64,000 nucleotides of DNA from Planctomycetota bacterium (lineage in GTDB: Bacteria > Planctomycetota > J058 > J103): positions 477-64,476 of the forward strand of contig BPJM01000005.1 of NCBI GenBank assembly GCA_026004615.1, given 5' to 3'. How positions within the stretch are numbered: position 1 is the first letter of the stretch; each line of letters begins with the position of its first letter. The notes below the pieces were generated by a model that was not told the origin of the DNA, ran no database searches, and saw only the letters and a list, made by a program, of their open reading frames with translations. Of this stretch, positions 52,664 through 61,888 are shown piece after piece. Position numbers and translations under genes: made by a program.

Positions 52664-54757
52664 GTGGGCGGCGCGCGGCGCTCGTCAGGTTCGGGGCGGC
52701 TGCGATTCGCCGAGCCCGGCACCGTCACACCGCCCTGGCACGTGCGCGCAAGCCATATGCTCGCCGAGGCGGGGCAGCGGGTGTTGCTGGCAGCGCAGGC
52801 GCGGCGCCGGGGCCTGGCGTGGGCGGCGATCGTCCTGCTGCTGTCGGGGCTGCTGGCCGCCGACGCGTACCTGCTCCTGCAGGACGCGCACATCGCGCGG
52901 CGGCTGGAGGCCGCAGCGCGCCGCCGGCTGGGCTGCGAGGTCGTGCTCGAGGGCCTGGAGCTGTCGCTCGGGGGCACGGGCAGCGTGGCAGCGGCGTCGC
53001 TGGTGCTCGCGCCGCCGCGCTCAGGCGCCAGACCGACGGTGCTGCGCGCTGCCCGGGTGCGGTTCACGCACGCACCGCTGGCCCTGCTGCGCGGGAGCCT
53101 GCGCCTGGAGGCGGTGCGCGTCGCGGAGGTGCAGATCACGGTCGATGCACCGCTGGTGTTGCTGGAGGCGGTGCAGGTATTGTGGCGCGCGCTGGGCGCG
53201 GAGACCTCGGGCGAGGACGGCTTCAGCCTCGAGGTCGCGCGCCTGGTGTTCGCCCCGGCTGCCGAGGACGGACTCGGGGGGCAAGGGCCGGTCGCGGAGC
53301 CGGCTCCGGCCTCCGGCCGCGGCGCCGCCGGGCAGCTGCCCGCCGCGGTGGTGCTCGAAGGGGTCGAGGTCCGGCCGGCCGGCCGGGGCGCCGCCGCGCT
53401 CCGCTTCCGGGCGCGCTACCGTGCGGCGGCGATGGAGACGCTCGGTCTGGAGGGCACGATCGACTTCGAGACCCAGACCGCGCGGCTGGACGTGCGCGCC
53501 TCCAACCTGCCGGTGCATTCGCCGGCACTCGCCGCACTGGCCCCGGCGCTGGCGCCCTTGATCGCGGCGCTGGGGGCGCACGGGCCGGTCGATCTCGACC
53601 TCGACGTCGATTACCCGTGGCAGGCACCCGCCGCTGCCGAGGTCGCGGGCACGATCGAGTGTTATGCGCTGGCGCTGGAGCCGCCGCTGCTCGCAGCTGC
53701 GGTCACCAACGTCGCCGGTCAGCTGCGGCTGGAGGGCCGGCGGCTGGCGGTGACGGGGCTGCGCGGGGTGTACGGCGGCGGCGTGATCCGGGTGCGGGGC
53801 GAGCTCGGCGACCTGGTCACGGGCAGCGGGGTGCGCCTCGACGTGACGGCGACGCGGCTGCAGCTCGAGGCGCTGGCCGGGCTGAAGCTCGGCCCCTGGG
53901 CGCGGGCGCTGGGCGCGCTCCAGCTCGGCGGCCAGGGTGGCGGGCGGCTGAGCCTGGCGAGCGAGCCGGGCGTGCCGCTCGCCAGGGCGCAGTTCGACGG
54001 GGAGTTGCTGCTCGAGCAGGCGCAGGTCCTGGGCGGGGCGCTCGGCAACGTGCACGGTGCGGTGCGTTTCGCGGGGCGGCTGGGGGCCGGCGAGCCGCTG
54101 CGGGGCGCGCTCGTGCTCGACCGGGCACAGCTGGCGGACGACGTCCCGCTGCGCGGGCTCGGCGCCGAGCTCGCCTTCGGGCCGGCGGGTCTGGTGCTGG
54201 AGCGCGGCAGCGGGCGGCTCGCCGGGGGGACGATCCGGTTCGCAGCCGAGGTACGACCGGCGGCGGCGAAGCCCGCGGTGCGGGTGGAGCTCGAGGCGGA
54301 GGGGGTGGACGCGCTGCCGGTGTTGCGCGCGCTCGGGATCGAGACGCGGCTGGAGGCCATGCGGCTCCGCGGCGAGCTGCGCTATCGGGGGGGCGGCTCC
54401 CAAGAGCCCGGCCTGGCCGTCGAGGTGCGGTTCGGCGGGCTCGAGCTGGGCGAGCTGCCCCCCCTCCGGCCGCTGGTCGAGCTGTTGCAGGAAGCGGGGG
54501 TGGCGGCGACGCGGTTCGAGCGCGGGACCGCGCAGCTCGCTCTCGGCGCCTTCGATCCCGAGCCGCTAGGTGGGTATGCCCTGCGCCTGAGTCTGTTCTC
54601 CGAGCCCTATGACCTCGGACTCGCCGCACGCCTGCGTCCCGGGGGGCGCCTGGAGGGGACCGCCACCGCGCTCCGCCGAGACGCAGGCCGCGCCGAGCGC
54701 TACCACATCGCCGGCACCCTGGCGCACCCGCTGTTCACCAGCCCCTTCGAACCCTGA
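52664..54757 (+). CDS. AsmA/TamB-like large envelope protein (N-terminal TM anchor plus a long beta-rich region).
   Basis: TM: LAWAAIVLLLSGLLAADAYLLL. Repetitive beta-strand-like segments follow (LEGLELSLGG; LRLEAVRV; LEGRRLAVTGLRGVYGGGVIRVRGEL...). The true start may be the Met at about 52757. Confidence 0.5.
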   Translation: MGGARRSSGSGRLRFAEPGTVTPPWHVRASHMLAEAGQRVLLAAQARRRGLAWAAIVLLLSGLLAADAYLLLQDAHIARRLEAAARRRLGCEVVLEGLELSLGGTGSVAAASLVLAPPRSGARPTVLRAARVRFTHAPLALLRGSLRLEAVRVAEVQITVDAPLVLLEAVQVLWRALGAETSGEDGFSLEVARLVFAPAAEDGLGGQGPVAEPAPASGRGAAGQLPAAVVLEGVEVRPAGRGAAALRFRARYRAAAMETLGLEGTIDFETQTARLDVRASNLPVHSPALAALAPALAPLIAALGAHGPVDLDLDVDYPWQAPAAAEVAGTIECYALALEPPLLAAAVTNVAGQLRLEGRRLAVTGLRGVYGGGVIRVRGELGDLVTGSGVRLDVTATRLQLEALAGLKLGPWARALGALQLGGQGGGRLSLASEPGVPLARAQFDGELLLEQAQVLGGALGNVHGAVRFAGRLGAGEPLRGALVLDRAQLADDVPLRGLGAELAFGPAGLVLERGSGRLAGGTIRFAAEVRPAAAKPAVRVELEAEGVDALPVLRALGIETRLEAMRLRGELRYRGGGSQEPGLAVEVRFGGLELGELPPLRPLVELLQEAGVAATRFERGTAQLALGAFDPEPLGGYALRLSLFSEPYDLGLAARLRPGGRLEGTATALRRDAGRAERYHIAGTLAHPLFTSPFEP

Positions 54758-54795
54758 ACCGCAGTCTCGCCCGCCGCCGCGGGGCAACCGGCGGC

Positions 54796-56336
54796 TCAGT
54801 AGGTGCGTGCCGCGTCGAGCACGGCGCGGGTGGTGAACGTCTGGGGATCGACGAGCACGCCGATCGTGCCGACGAAAGCGTCGGGTCCCTGGAAGTCGCG
54901 CCCGGGCAGTCCGGGGCGCAGTGCGAGCACCGAGGCGTTGGGACCGAAGGTGTCCGCGGTCTCGTTGCCGCGGCTGAGCCGGTGCTGGCGGCGGAAGACC
55001 GGGGTGCGGCCACGGCGGGCATCGAACACATTCAGCGTCGAGTCGTTGAACGAGACGGCGAGCAGCCGCCGGCCGCCGTCGTTGCTGTAGGCGAGCGCAC
55101 TGGTGAAGCGGCCCGTCGGCGGTTTGTCCGGGTTGGCGAACGGGATCGTGATCGGGTTGGCGACGCCGTTGAGGATCGCCCCGGTGAGGTCGGCCGGGGC
55201 CTGGATCGTGCCGTCGAGCACCAGGTCGAGCTCGAGCAGCGACACGCGGAAGATCTCCGCCAGTCCGAAACCGAAGTCGCCGCGGCCCACCACCGCCTCC
55301 AGGCCGTCCGGCCGCACCGCGGCCGCATGGCGCGCCGCGGCCGGCCCGAAGGGGAAGAACGCGACCAGCTGCGCCTTGTTCGGGTCGATCACCTCGAGGA
55401 AGGCGTGGTCGGCCTCGGGGGGCGAGGCGCCGAAGAGCACCCGCCCGGCGCCGCTCGTCGTGACGTACAGCACCGGGCGGCCGTCCGGGGTGCGGGCGGC
55501 GCGCAGCCCGGTGACGTTGAACCCGCGGGTGAAGACCACGTGAGCCGGCTGCGGCACCCCCGGCTCGAAGCGGGTGTGATCGAGCGGGTCGAGCGCGAAG
55601 CCGAGCACGAGCCCGGGGAAGTTGTCGAGGAAGCTCGCGGAGGGGTCGGCGCTCGACATGAGGTTGGCGCAGCCGACCCAGAGGGTGTCCCCGAGCACCG
55701 CCAGCGCCTGCGCGCCGGGGTCGGTGGGGGCGAAGCTCGGGTCCGCGGTGCCGGTGGAGGTCATGAGTCCACTCGCGGTGAGCTGCAGGCTCGTCAGCTC
55801 GAACTCCGCGCTGGGGCCCGTGCCCGCCAGCGCGTCGAACAGATAGACCTTGTGCTGGCTCTGGCCGGTGAGGCTCCGGCCGGTCGAGGTCGCGAAGCCG
55901 GCCAGCTTGCCGCCACGCCGCTCGGTGTCGATCACAAGTCCGGCGGCTGCGGGTCGGAAAACCGCTCGCATCGAAGGTGCCGATCACGAGGGTCGCGCTC
56001 GAGCGCGGGGGGGCTGTTGGGCGACATCGAGCACGCGCAGTGTCCCGCCCTGCTGCAGGGCGAACAGCAGCTCGGGTGCCGCCGGCGTGGGTCGCGAGTG
56101 CGGTCAGCGAGTCGCCGTCGGCGAAGGCGAACGCATCTTCGGTGACCGTGAGCGCCGGAAACCCACCGGGCTCGGAGCGCGAGCAGCCGGCGAGCGCCAG
56201 CAGCAGGGCGGCCCCCGAGCACCGCGGCGCGCCGCAGCGCGGCGGGCGAGCCCTTCGCCCCGCAGGGGGGCCGGTGCGCGAATGCACCTGGAGGAACGAT
56301 CGGGAGAGATGAATGGGGCGGGTTGCGATGGAACAC
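54796..56336 (-). pseudogene. Lipoprotein with YVTN/beta-propeller-like repeats, disrupted by about 2-3 frameshifts in its first 120 codons. It lies directly downstream of a cobalamin riboswitch.
   Basis: An AGGAGG ribosome-binding site lies 8 nt before the GTG at 56336. The lipoprotein signal is readable only in another frame (RCGAPRCSGAALLLALAGC|SRSEP, ORF from 56287). The sequence passes through two further frames around the C6 run at 56264-56269 and the C7 run at 56007-56013. The long clean frame 54796..55971 has blade-like repeats (DGRPVLYVTTSGAGRVLF; RRLLAVSFNDSTLNVFD). Confidence 0.5.
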
Positions 56337-56439
56337 GGCCAGGACCTCCTTCCCGTCCGCGCGGGTCGAGGGTTGCGGGGATCCGCCGCCGGGCGGCGGG
56401 CCCGTGTGCGGTCGCGGGGAACGGGTCTTCTGGCTTCCG

Positions 56440-56650
56440 GATCGCCCTACTCGCCGCGCCTTCCCGTGTGCCCGCTCCGAGCGGACCGCACAGTGGCCGC
56501 CTGCGGCTTTCGTCCCCGGTCACAGCGGCGGGACCGCGACGGACTCGCACCGTCTTCCCCCGGCTTCCCGGACCGACCGAACCGATTGTCGAGCGCGCCA
56601 TGATAGCGGGGGCTAGCGCCGCATCAAGCCTCTTTTCAAGTGCAGGCGCG
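56440..56650 (-). promoter_or_regulatory. Cobalamin (AdoCbl) riboswitch.
   Basis: Minus-strand RNA reads GGGAAGCCGGGGGAAGAC-GGUGCGAGUCC-GUC-GCGGUCCCGCCGCUGUGACCGGGGACGAAAGCC-GCAGGCG-GCCACUG-...-GGGAAGGCG. That matches the conserved GGUGnnAnUCC, CCCGCnGCUGUGAcCGGGGA, B12-box GCCACUG and 3' GGGAAGGC elements. A GC-rich hairpin follows (CCGCCGCCCGGCGGCGG, about 56395-56420), then AGGAGG and a GTG. Confidence 0.8.
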
Positions 56651-56659
56651 GTGGGTCTC

Positions 56660-57432
56660 TCAGCCGAACAGCACGCAGGGCCGGCCGGTGCGCGGGTGGC
56701 GGATGACCTCCGGGGGGCGACGCCGAAGGCGCGCTCGAGCGGCTCGGGGCGGAGCACCTGCTCGGGGCTGCCCGTGGCGATCAACCGCCCGCTGGCCAGC
56801 AACGCCATGCCGGTCGCGTACTGTGCCGCCAGGTCGAGGTCGTGCGAGGTGGCGAGGATGGCGAGCCCTTGCTCCCGCCGCAGCCGGTCCAGCAGCCCGA
56901 ACAGCGCCACCCGGTGCCGCACGTCGAGGAACGCCGTCGGTTCGTCGAGCAGGAGCAGGCGCGGCTGCTGGCACAGCGCGCGCGCGATCGCGACCCGGCG
57001 CCGCTCGCCGCCGGAGAGCCGATCGAGGGGGCGGTCGGCGAGCGGCTCCAGCTCCAGCGCCGCCAGCGCCGCGCGCGCCTGCGCCACGTCCTCGGGACCC
57101 TCCAGCACCAGCCGGCCCAGGTGCGGCGCCCGACCCATGAGCACGATCTCGCCGACGGTGAAGGCGAAGCCGAACGGCGCCTCCTGCGGCACCACCGCGA
57201 CGGCGCGCGCCAGCTCCCGCCGGCCCCAGGCGCCGAGCGGCCGCCCCTCGAGCGCGATCGTTCCCGCCTGGGGGCGCAGCTCGCCCGCCAGCAGCCGCAG
57301 CAGGGTGGACTTGCCGGCGCCGTTGGCGCCGCCGAGCACCACGAACTCGCCGCGTCCGAGCTGCAGATCGACCCCGTCCAGCACCGGCGGTGCGCCGGGA
57401 TAGCCCAAAGCGCAGTCCGTGCGCCGCGATCA
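56660..57432 (-). pseudogene. ABC transporter ATP-binding protein, BtuD/FepC/FecE family, with two apparent frameshifts.
   Basis: Main frame: LGYPGAPPVLDGVDLQLGRGEFVVLGGANGAGKSTLL...LSGGERRRVAIARAL...LLLLDEPTAFLD...ILATSHDL. The N-terminal [10 protein letters not shown] is in another frame from a GTG at 57432, overlapping the btuC stop. The family-typical C-terminus EVIRHPRTGRPCVLFG* is in a third frame ending at 56660. One extra C in the C6 run at 56712-56717 restores it. The 434-aa ORF 56104..57408 is a read-through artifact. Confidence 0.7.
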
Positions 57433-58516
57433 CGTCTGCGCCTCCGCGAGCGGCACGCGCTGGCGATGCAGCAGCAGCCACAGAAACAGCGGTCCGCCGG
57501 CCAGTGCCGTCACCACCCCGACCGGCAGTTCCTCGGGGGCGAGCGCGCTGCGCGCCGCCGCGTCCGCCAGCACGAGCAGTGCCGCCCCGGCGAGCATGCT
57601 CGCCGGGACCAGCAGCCGGTGATCCGGTCCACACACCAGGCGCAGCAGGTGGGGCACCACCAGCCCGACGAAGCCGACCAGCCCGCTCAGCGCCACGGCG
57701 ACCGCCGTCACCAGCGAGCCGGTGAAGAACAGCGCCACCCGGACCGCGCGCACCGCCACCCCGAGGCTGCCCGCGACCGTCTCGCCCAGGGCTAGCAGGT
57801 TGAGATCGCGGGCCAGCCACTGCAGGACGAGCCCGCCTCCCAGCGTCACCGCGGCCGCCGCTCCCAGGCCGGCCGGCCCCACCGCGACCTGGCCGAGGCT
57901 GCCGGTCAGCCAGGCGAGGATGCGCAGCCGCTCGCTCGGCGGGACCAGGTGGGCGAGGAGCAGGATCCACGACGACAGGATCGCGTTGACGACCACGCCG
58001 AGCAACAGCAGCGTCGCGCCCGCGGTGCCGAAGCTGCGCCGGCCCAGCACGAAGATCAGCGCCGCGACCAGCAGGGCCCCGGCGAACGAACACGCCGGCA
58101 TCCAGAGCGGAGCGGCAACCCCGAGAGCCAGCACCGCGAGCGCCGCCCCGAGCGCGGCGCCGCTGGAGACGCCGAGGAGGAACGGATCGGCCAGCGGGTT
58201 GCGCAGCAGCGCCTGGAAGGCGACGCCGGCGCCGGCGAGGGCGGCGCCCACGATGGCGCCGGCGAGCACGCGCGGCGCGCGGTGGTGGGAGCACGATCTG
58301 GCCTTCCGGGCTGAGTTCGCCCTGGCGGGGCGCGCGCCAGCGCCTCGCCCCCAGCCCGTGTGCCCGCGCGAGGGCGGCGAGCTCGCGCGCGAGCCGGAGC
58401 GGCCCGGCGCCGGGTGCGGGCCCGCTGGTGAGGCCGGCCGCGAGCGCCACCACGAGCAGGGCCGCCAGCGCCCCGGTCCAGCCGAGCCAGCGCCGGCGGG
58501 TCAGCCGCCGCCTCAC
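57430..58516 (-). CDS. FecCD-family ABC permease (BtuC-like), with one frameshift near 58290.
   Basis: ORF 57430..58269 gives [41 protein letters not shown]...[36 protein letters not shown]...[19 protein letters not shown]. The N-terminal TM part ([26 protein letters not shown]...[14 protein letters not shown]) is in the frame of ORF 56660..58516. Confidence 0.75.
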
Positions 58517-59535
58517 CGCGGATCCGCTCCGCTCGGGGGCCGGTGCGCGCTCGCCGCCGCCTCCGGTTCACCGGGGAACGCCTCCGGGTGGAGCGCGCGG
58601 GCGAGCGCCTGCAGACCGTCGACCAGGCGCGGGCCGGGGCGCACCAGCAGCTCGGGTGGCAGCGCATGCACGCGGCCGCTCCGCACCGCCGGCACCCCGC
58701 TCAGGCGCTCCCAGAAGCGCGCGCGGGGCGGCGGCCGCGGTCGCGGCGGTGCCGGGCGGTGCCATGCTGAGCTCGATGACCACCTCCGGCGCCAGCGCCA
58801 CGATCGCCTCCTCGCCGATCTCGGGCCAGCGCCGGCCGCTCGCCTGCAGCACATTGCTTCCGCCTGCGATCTCGAGCAGCGCGCCGAGGAAGGAGCCCGG
58901 TCCGGCGGCAATCGTCGGGTGGCGGTCGACGACGATGAGGGTGCGGGGGTCGCGGCCGACTGGCGACGGCGCGGCGTATCGCCTCGGTGCGCGCGCGCAG
59001 CGTCGCGGCGAGGGGTGCGCGCGCGCAGCTCGGTCTTCTCCCCGAGCAACGTCCCCAGCCGTTCGACGGCGGCGAACAGATCGGGCAGCGCCGTGACCGT
59101 CACCGCCTCGAGCCGCACACCGAGCCGGCGCAGCGCGAGCGCCGGCGCCAGGAGCGTGCCCTCTGCCGGCACGAGCACGAGATCCGGCCGGCACGCGAGC
59201 ACCAGCTCCACGTTGGGGCTGCCGTAGCCGCCCACCCGCGGCAGCGCGCGCGCGGCCGGCGGAAAGTCGCAGTGCGAGGTCACCCCGACCAGCCGCTCGC
59301 CCGCGCCGAGCGCGAACACGATCTCGGTGAGCGAGGGGGCGAGCGAGACCACGCGGCGGGGCGGCGCCGGGCTGCGGGGACGCTGGGGCGCGCTCGCCGC
59401 CGCCGGTGCGGTGGCTGGCCCGCCGGCGCCCTCACAGCCCGGCCCCGCCAGCGCAGCGGCGGTGGCCATCGCGACGCCCAGGCCCACCAGCAGCAGCGGG
59501 CGCGGCACCTGCGGCCGGACGGGCGCGCGCCTCAC
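58513..59535 (-). pseudogene. Periplasmic substrate-binding protein of a TroA/BtuF-like class (cobalamin/siderophore-type), signal peptide present. It is split over two frames, so there are two frameshifts.
   Basis: N-terminus in frame 0: signal peptide, then [33 protein letters not shown]...RPDLVLV. The middle is in the frame of ORF 58568..59194: [34 protein letters not shown]...[20 protein letters not shown]. The C-terminus is back in frame 0: [32 protein letters not shown]. Confidence 0.7.
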
Positions 59536-59945
59536 GGCGCCACCAGCTCCACCTTGATGCGGTCCGGATCCTCGAAATACACCGCGTAGTGGCCGGGACC
59601 GCCGGCGTACGGGTGCCGATCCTCGTACAGCACGGTCACCCCGCGCGCCCGGAGCAGACGCGTCACCTCATCGACCTGCTCGCGCGAGGCGGCGTGCAGG
59701 GCGAGGTGGTTGAGCCCGACCCGCTTGCGATGATAGGGCGGCTCGAGATAGGCCCCTTCGGCCTGCACCAGGACGAGATAGCTCGGGCCGAGCCGCCAGC
59801 TCCGCCCGCCCTCCCAGCGCTGGAACGGCCGGTAGCCGAGCAGCTCCAGCAACCATCCCCAGAACGCCGCCGACCGCTCGAGGTCGGAGACGTACAGCTC
59901 CAGGTGGTGCAGGGTCCCGACCCGTGGCGCCGCGGGCTGCATCAC
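59532..59945 (-). CDS. VOC/glyoxalase-family protein (137 aa).
   Basis: [30 protein letters not shown]...[64 protein letters not shown] overlaps occur at both ends (proC stop and btuF start). Confidence 0.75.
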   Translation of the reverse strand: MMQPAAPRVGTLHHLELYVSDLERSAAFWGWLLELLGYRPFQRWEGGRSWRLGPSYLVLVQAEGAYLEPPYHRKRVGLNHLALHAASREQVDEVTRLLRARGVTVLYEDRHPYAGGPGHYAVYFEDPDRIKVELVAP

Positions 59946-60763
59946 AGGCGGTCCTTCGTCAGGTTGCGCGCGCGCTCGGCGGCCTTGACCACCGCCTTGA
60001 CCAGGGTGACGCGGAGTTTCCCGTCCTCCAGCTCGAGCAGCCCGTCGATCGTGCAGCCCGCGGGGGTGGTCACCACGTCCTTGAGCAGCGCGGGGTGCTC
60101 GCCCAGCTCGAGCACCATGCGCGCCGCTCCGAGCACCGTCTGGGCTGCGAGCAAAGTCGAGACCTCGCGCGGGATGCCGAGCTTGACCCCCGCCTCGGCG
60201 AGGCTCTCGATGACGAGGTAGATGTACGCCGGCCCGCTGCCGCTGAGTCCGGTCACCGCGTCCAGATGCTGTTCGTCCAGCACCGCCGTGCGGCCGACCG
60301 CGCCGAAGATGCGCTCGGCGGTCGCGAGGTGCTCCGGGGAGGCGAAGCGCCCGCGCGCCAGCACCGACATCCCGGCGCCGACCAGAACCGGGGTGTTGGG
60401 CATGACGCGCACCACCGCGGGCTCGCCGCCGAGAGCCTTCTCGATCGCGGCGGTGCTGACCGAGGCGCAGGCCGAGATGAGGAGCTGGCCTGCTCGGAGC
60501 ACGGGCGCGATCTCGGCCAGCACGGCCGGCACGACCTGGGGCTTGACCGCGAGCAGCACCGTATCGGAGCGCTCGACCACCGCGCGGTTGTCGGTCAGCA
60601 CCTCGAGGCCGGATCGCCGCCGCGCTCGCTCGGCCGAGGCAGCGCTGCGCACGCTGGCCGTGATCCGTTCCCGCGCCAGCACGCCGCTGCCGAGCAGGCC
60701 CAGCGCGACCGCCTCGCCGAGCTTGCCGAAACCGATGATCCCGAACCGCCCCGTCTCCGCCAT
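59942..60763 (-). CDS. proC: Pyrroline-5-carboxylate reductase.
   Basis: RFGIIGFGKLGEAVALGLL...LLAVKPQVVPAVLAEI...GSGPAYIYLVIESLAEAGVKLGIPRE...TTPAGCTIDGL. Start at the ATG at 60763. Confidence 0.85.
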   Translation of the reverse strand: MAETGRFGIIGFGKLGEAVALGLLGSGVLARERITASVRSAASAERARRRSGLEVLTDNRAVVERSDTVLLAVKPQVVPAVLAEIAPVLRAGQLLISACASVSTAAIEKALGGEPAVVRVMPNTPVLVGAGMSVLARGRFASPEHLATAERIFGAVGRTAVLDEQHLDAVTGLSGSGPAYIYLVIESLAEAGVKLGIPREVSTLLAAQTVLGAARMVLELGEHPALLKDVVTTPAGCTIDGLLELEDGKLRVTLVKAVVKAAERARNLTKDRL

Positions 60764-60857
60764 GATCGCACCCGCCGCACGCCTGCCGCCATGCGCCACG
60801 GCCGCGATCCTACCCCAACCGGGGCGAGCGGTGCGATACCGGCACGCGGGGCGGGGG

Positions 60858-61196
60858 TCAGATCGCCACCGGAGCCTCGAGCAGCTCGAACAGCCGTTCG
60901 GCCAGCTCCGTCGCCTCCGCCGCCAGGGCCGAGGCCTCGACCGCGAGGGCGGGCCACTGGCGAGCCAGTGCATCGAGGCCGCCCACGGCGTCGGCGACGA
61001 AGCGGAACGCCGCAGCGAGCTGGCTGCGCTCCTGCTGCGGAGAGCCGCCGGCCGGCACCCGGCGCAGCATCGCGCGCACCAGCGCGCACAGCCGCGCGGC
61101 CTGCCATCCACCTCCGGCGCGATCCGCCAGGTCGAAGACGCGCCGGCCCAGAAGCCGCGTCTCCTGCAGCACGTCCATGCGCAGGGTCTCGGTCAT
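60858..61196 (-). CDS. Hypothetical helical protein (112 aa).
   Basis: MTETLRMDVLQETRLLGRRVFDLADRAGGGWQAARLCALVRAMLRRVP... Protein-like, with no recognisable motif. Confidence 0.3.
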   Translation of the reverse strand: MTETLRMDVLQETRLLGRRVFDLADRAGGGWQAARLCALVRAMLRRVPAGGSPQQERSQLAAAFRFVADAVGGLDALARQWPALAVEASALAAEATELAERLFELLEAPVAI

Positions 61197-61338
61197 GACG
61201 TCTCCTCGATCCCGGTTTGCGGCAGGGTCGAAACGAACTATACTACAGCGCCCGCTGCCCGGTGCAACCCGCATGCGGAGCCCTGCCGGGCAGCCGGCCC
61301 ACGAGGCGATCGTTGCGCCTGCGGGCGCGGAGAGCGCG

Positions 61339-61542
61339 ATGCCGGTTCCGACCCGACCTCAGCCCCATCCGATCTGTGCGCTCTGCGGCGGCCTGCTCGT
61401 CCGCGGCGTGCAGCCACGGCTCGGCCACGTCCTGATCTGCACCGCCTGCCTGGACACCCGGCGCGTGCTGCCCGACCGCAGCGACTCCCAGGACGCGCCC
61501 GCGGGCGCTCCCCCGCATACCCCGCGCCAGACGACGGCCTGA
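61339..61542 (+). CDS. Possible small zinc-ribbon protein (67 aa).
   Basis: MPVPTRPQPHPICALCGGLLVRGVQPRLGHVLICTACLD has a CxxC...CxxC arrangement. Weak. Confidence 0.25.
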   Translation: MPVPTRPQPHPICALCGGLLVRGVQPRLGHVLICTACLDTRRVLPDRSDSQDAPAGAPPHTPRQTTA

Positions 61543-61888
61543 GCGCTGCGGGCGGCCCGCCACCGCGCCGGTTGGTGGCTTGCGGGGGGTGGTGCCGGTC
61601 GGTGGCGGCGGCTCGCCGGAGCGTTGCGTGTCGCGTCCGGGACCGAGCTTCGACGCAACCGGCACGTACCGCTCCGTTGCGAGCCGGCGCCGGCGTGGCC
61701 TGGTGGGGCGGGGGGGAACCCAGGCCTCGGCCCACCGCAGCTGCGGGCAAGCGAGCGCGGGGCCGGAGCCGGACGGCACGTGCCGTGCTTGCTCGTGCCG
61801 GGCGAAGGGGCTAGGATCGCATCGCCGGGACGCGGCGGTCGCGGGGCGCCGAGGCAGGTTCCGCCGCGCTGCCAAGGGGGTGACGGGC

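Noticed and set aside
56287-56336. Assigning a single clean start to the riboswitch-controlled lipoprotein.
   Set aside because: Two candidate starts exist: a GTG at 56336 with a strong AGGAGG site, and a GTG at 56287 with no ribosome-binding site but a good lipoprotein signal. They are in different frames separated by a C6 run. The ambiguity cannot be resolved without corrected sequence.
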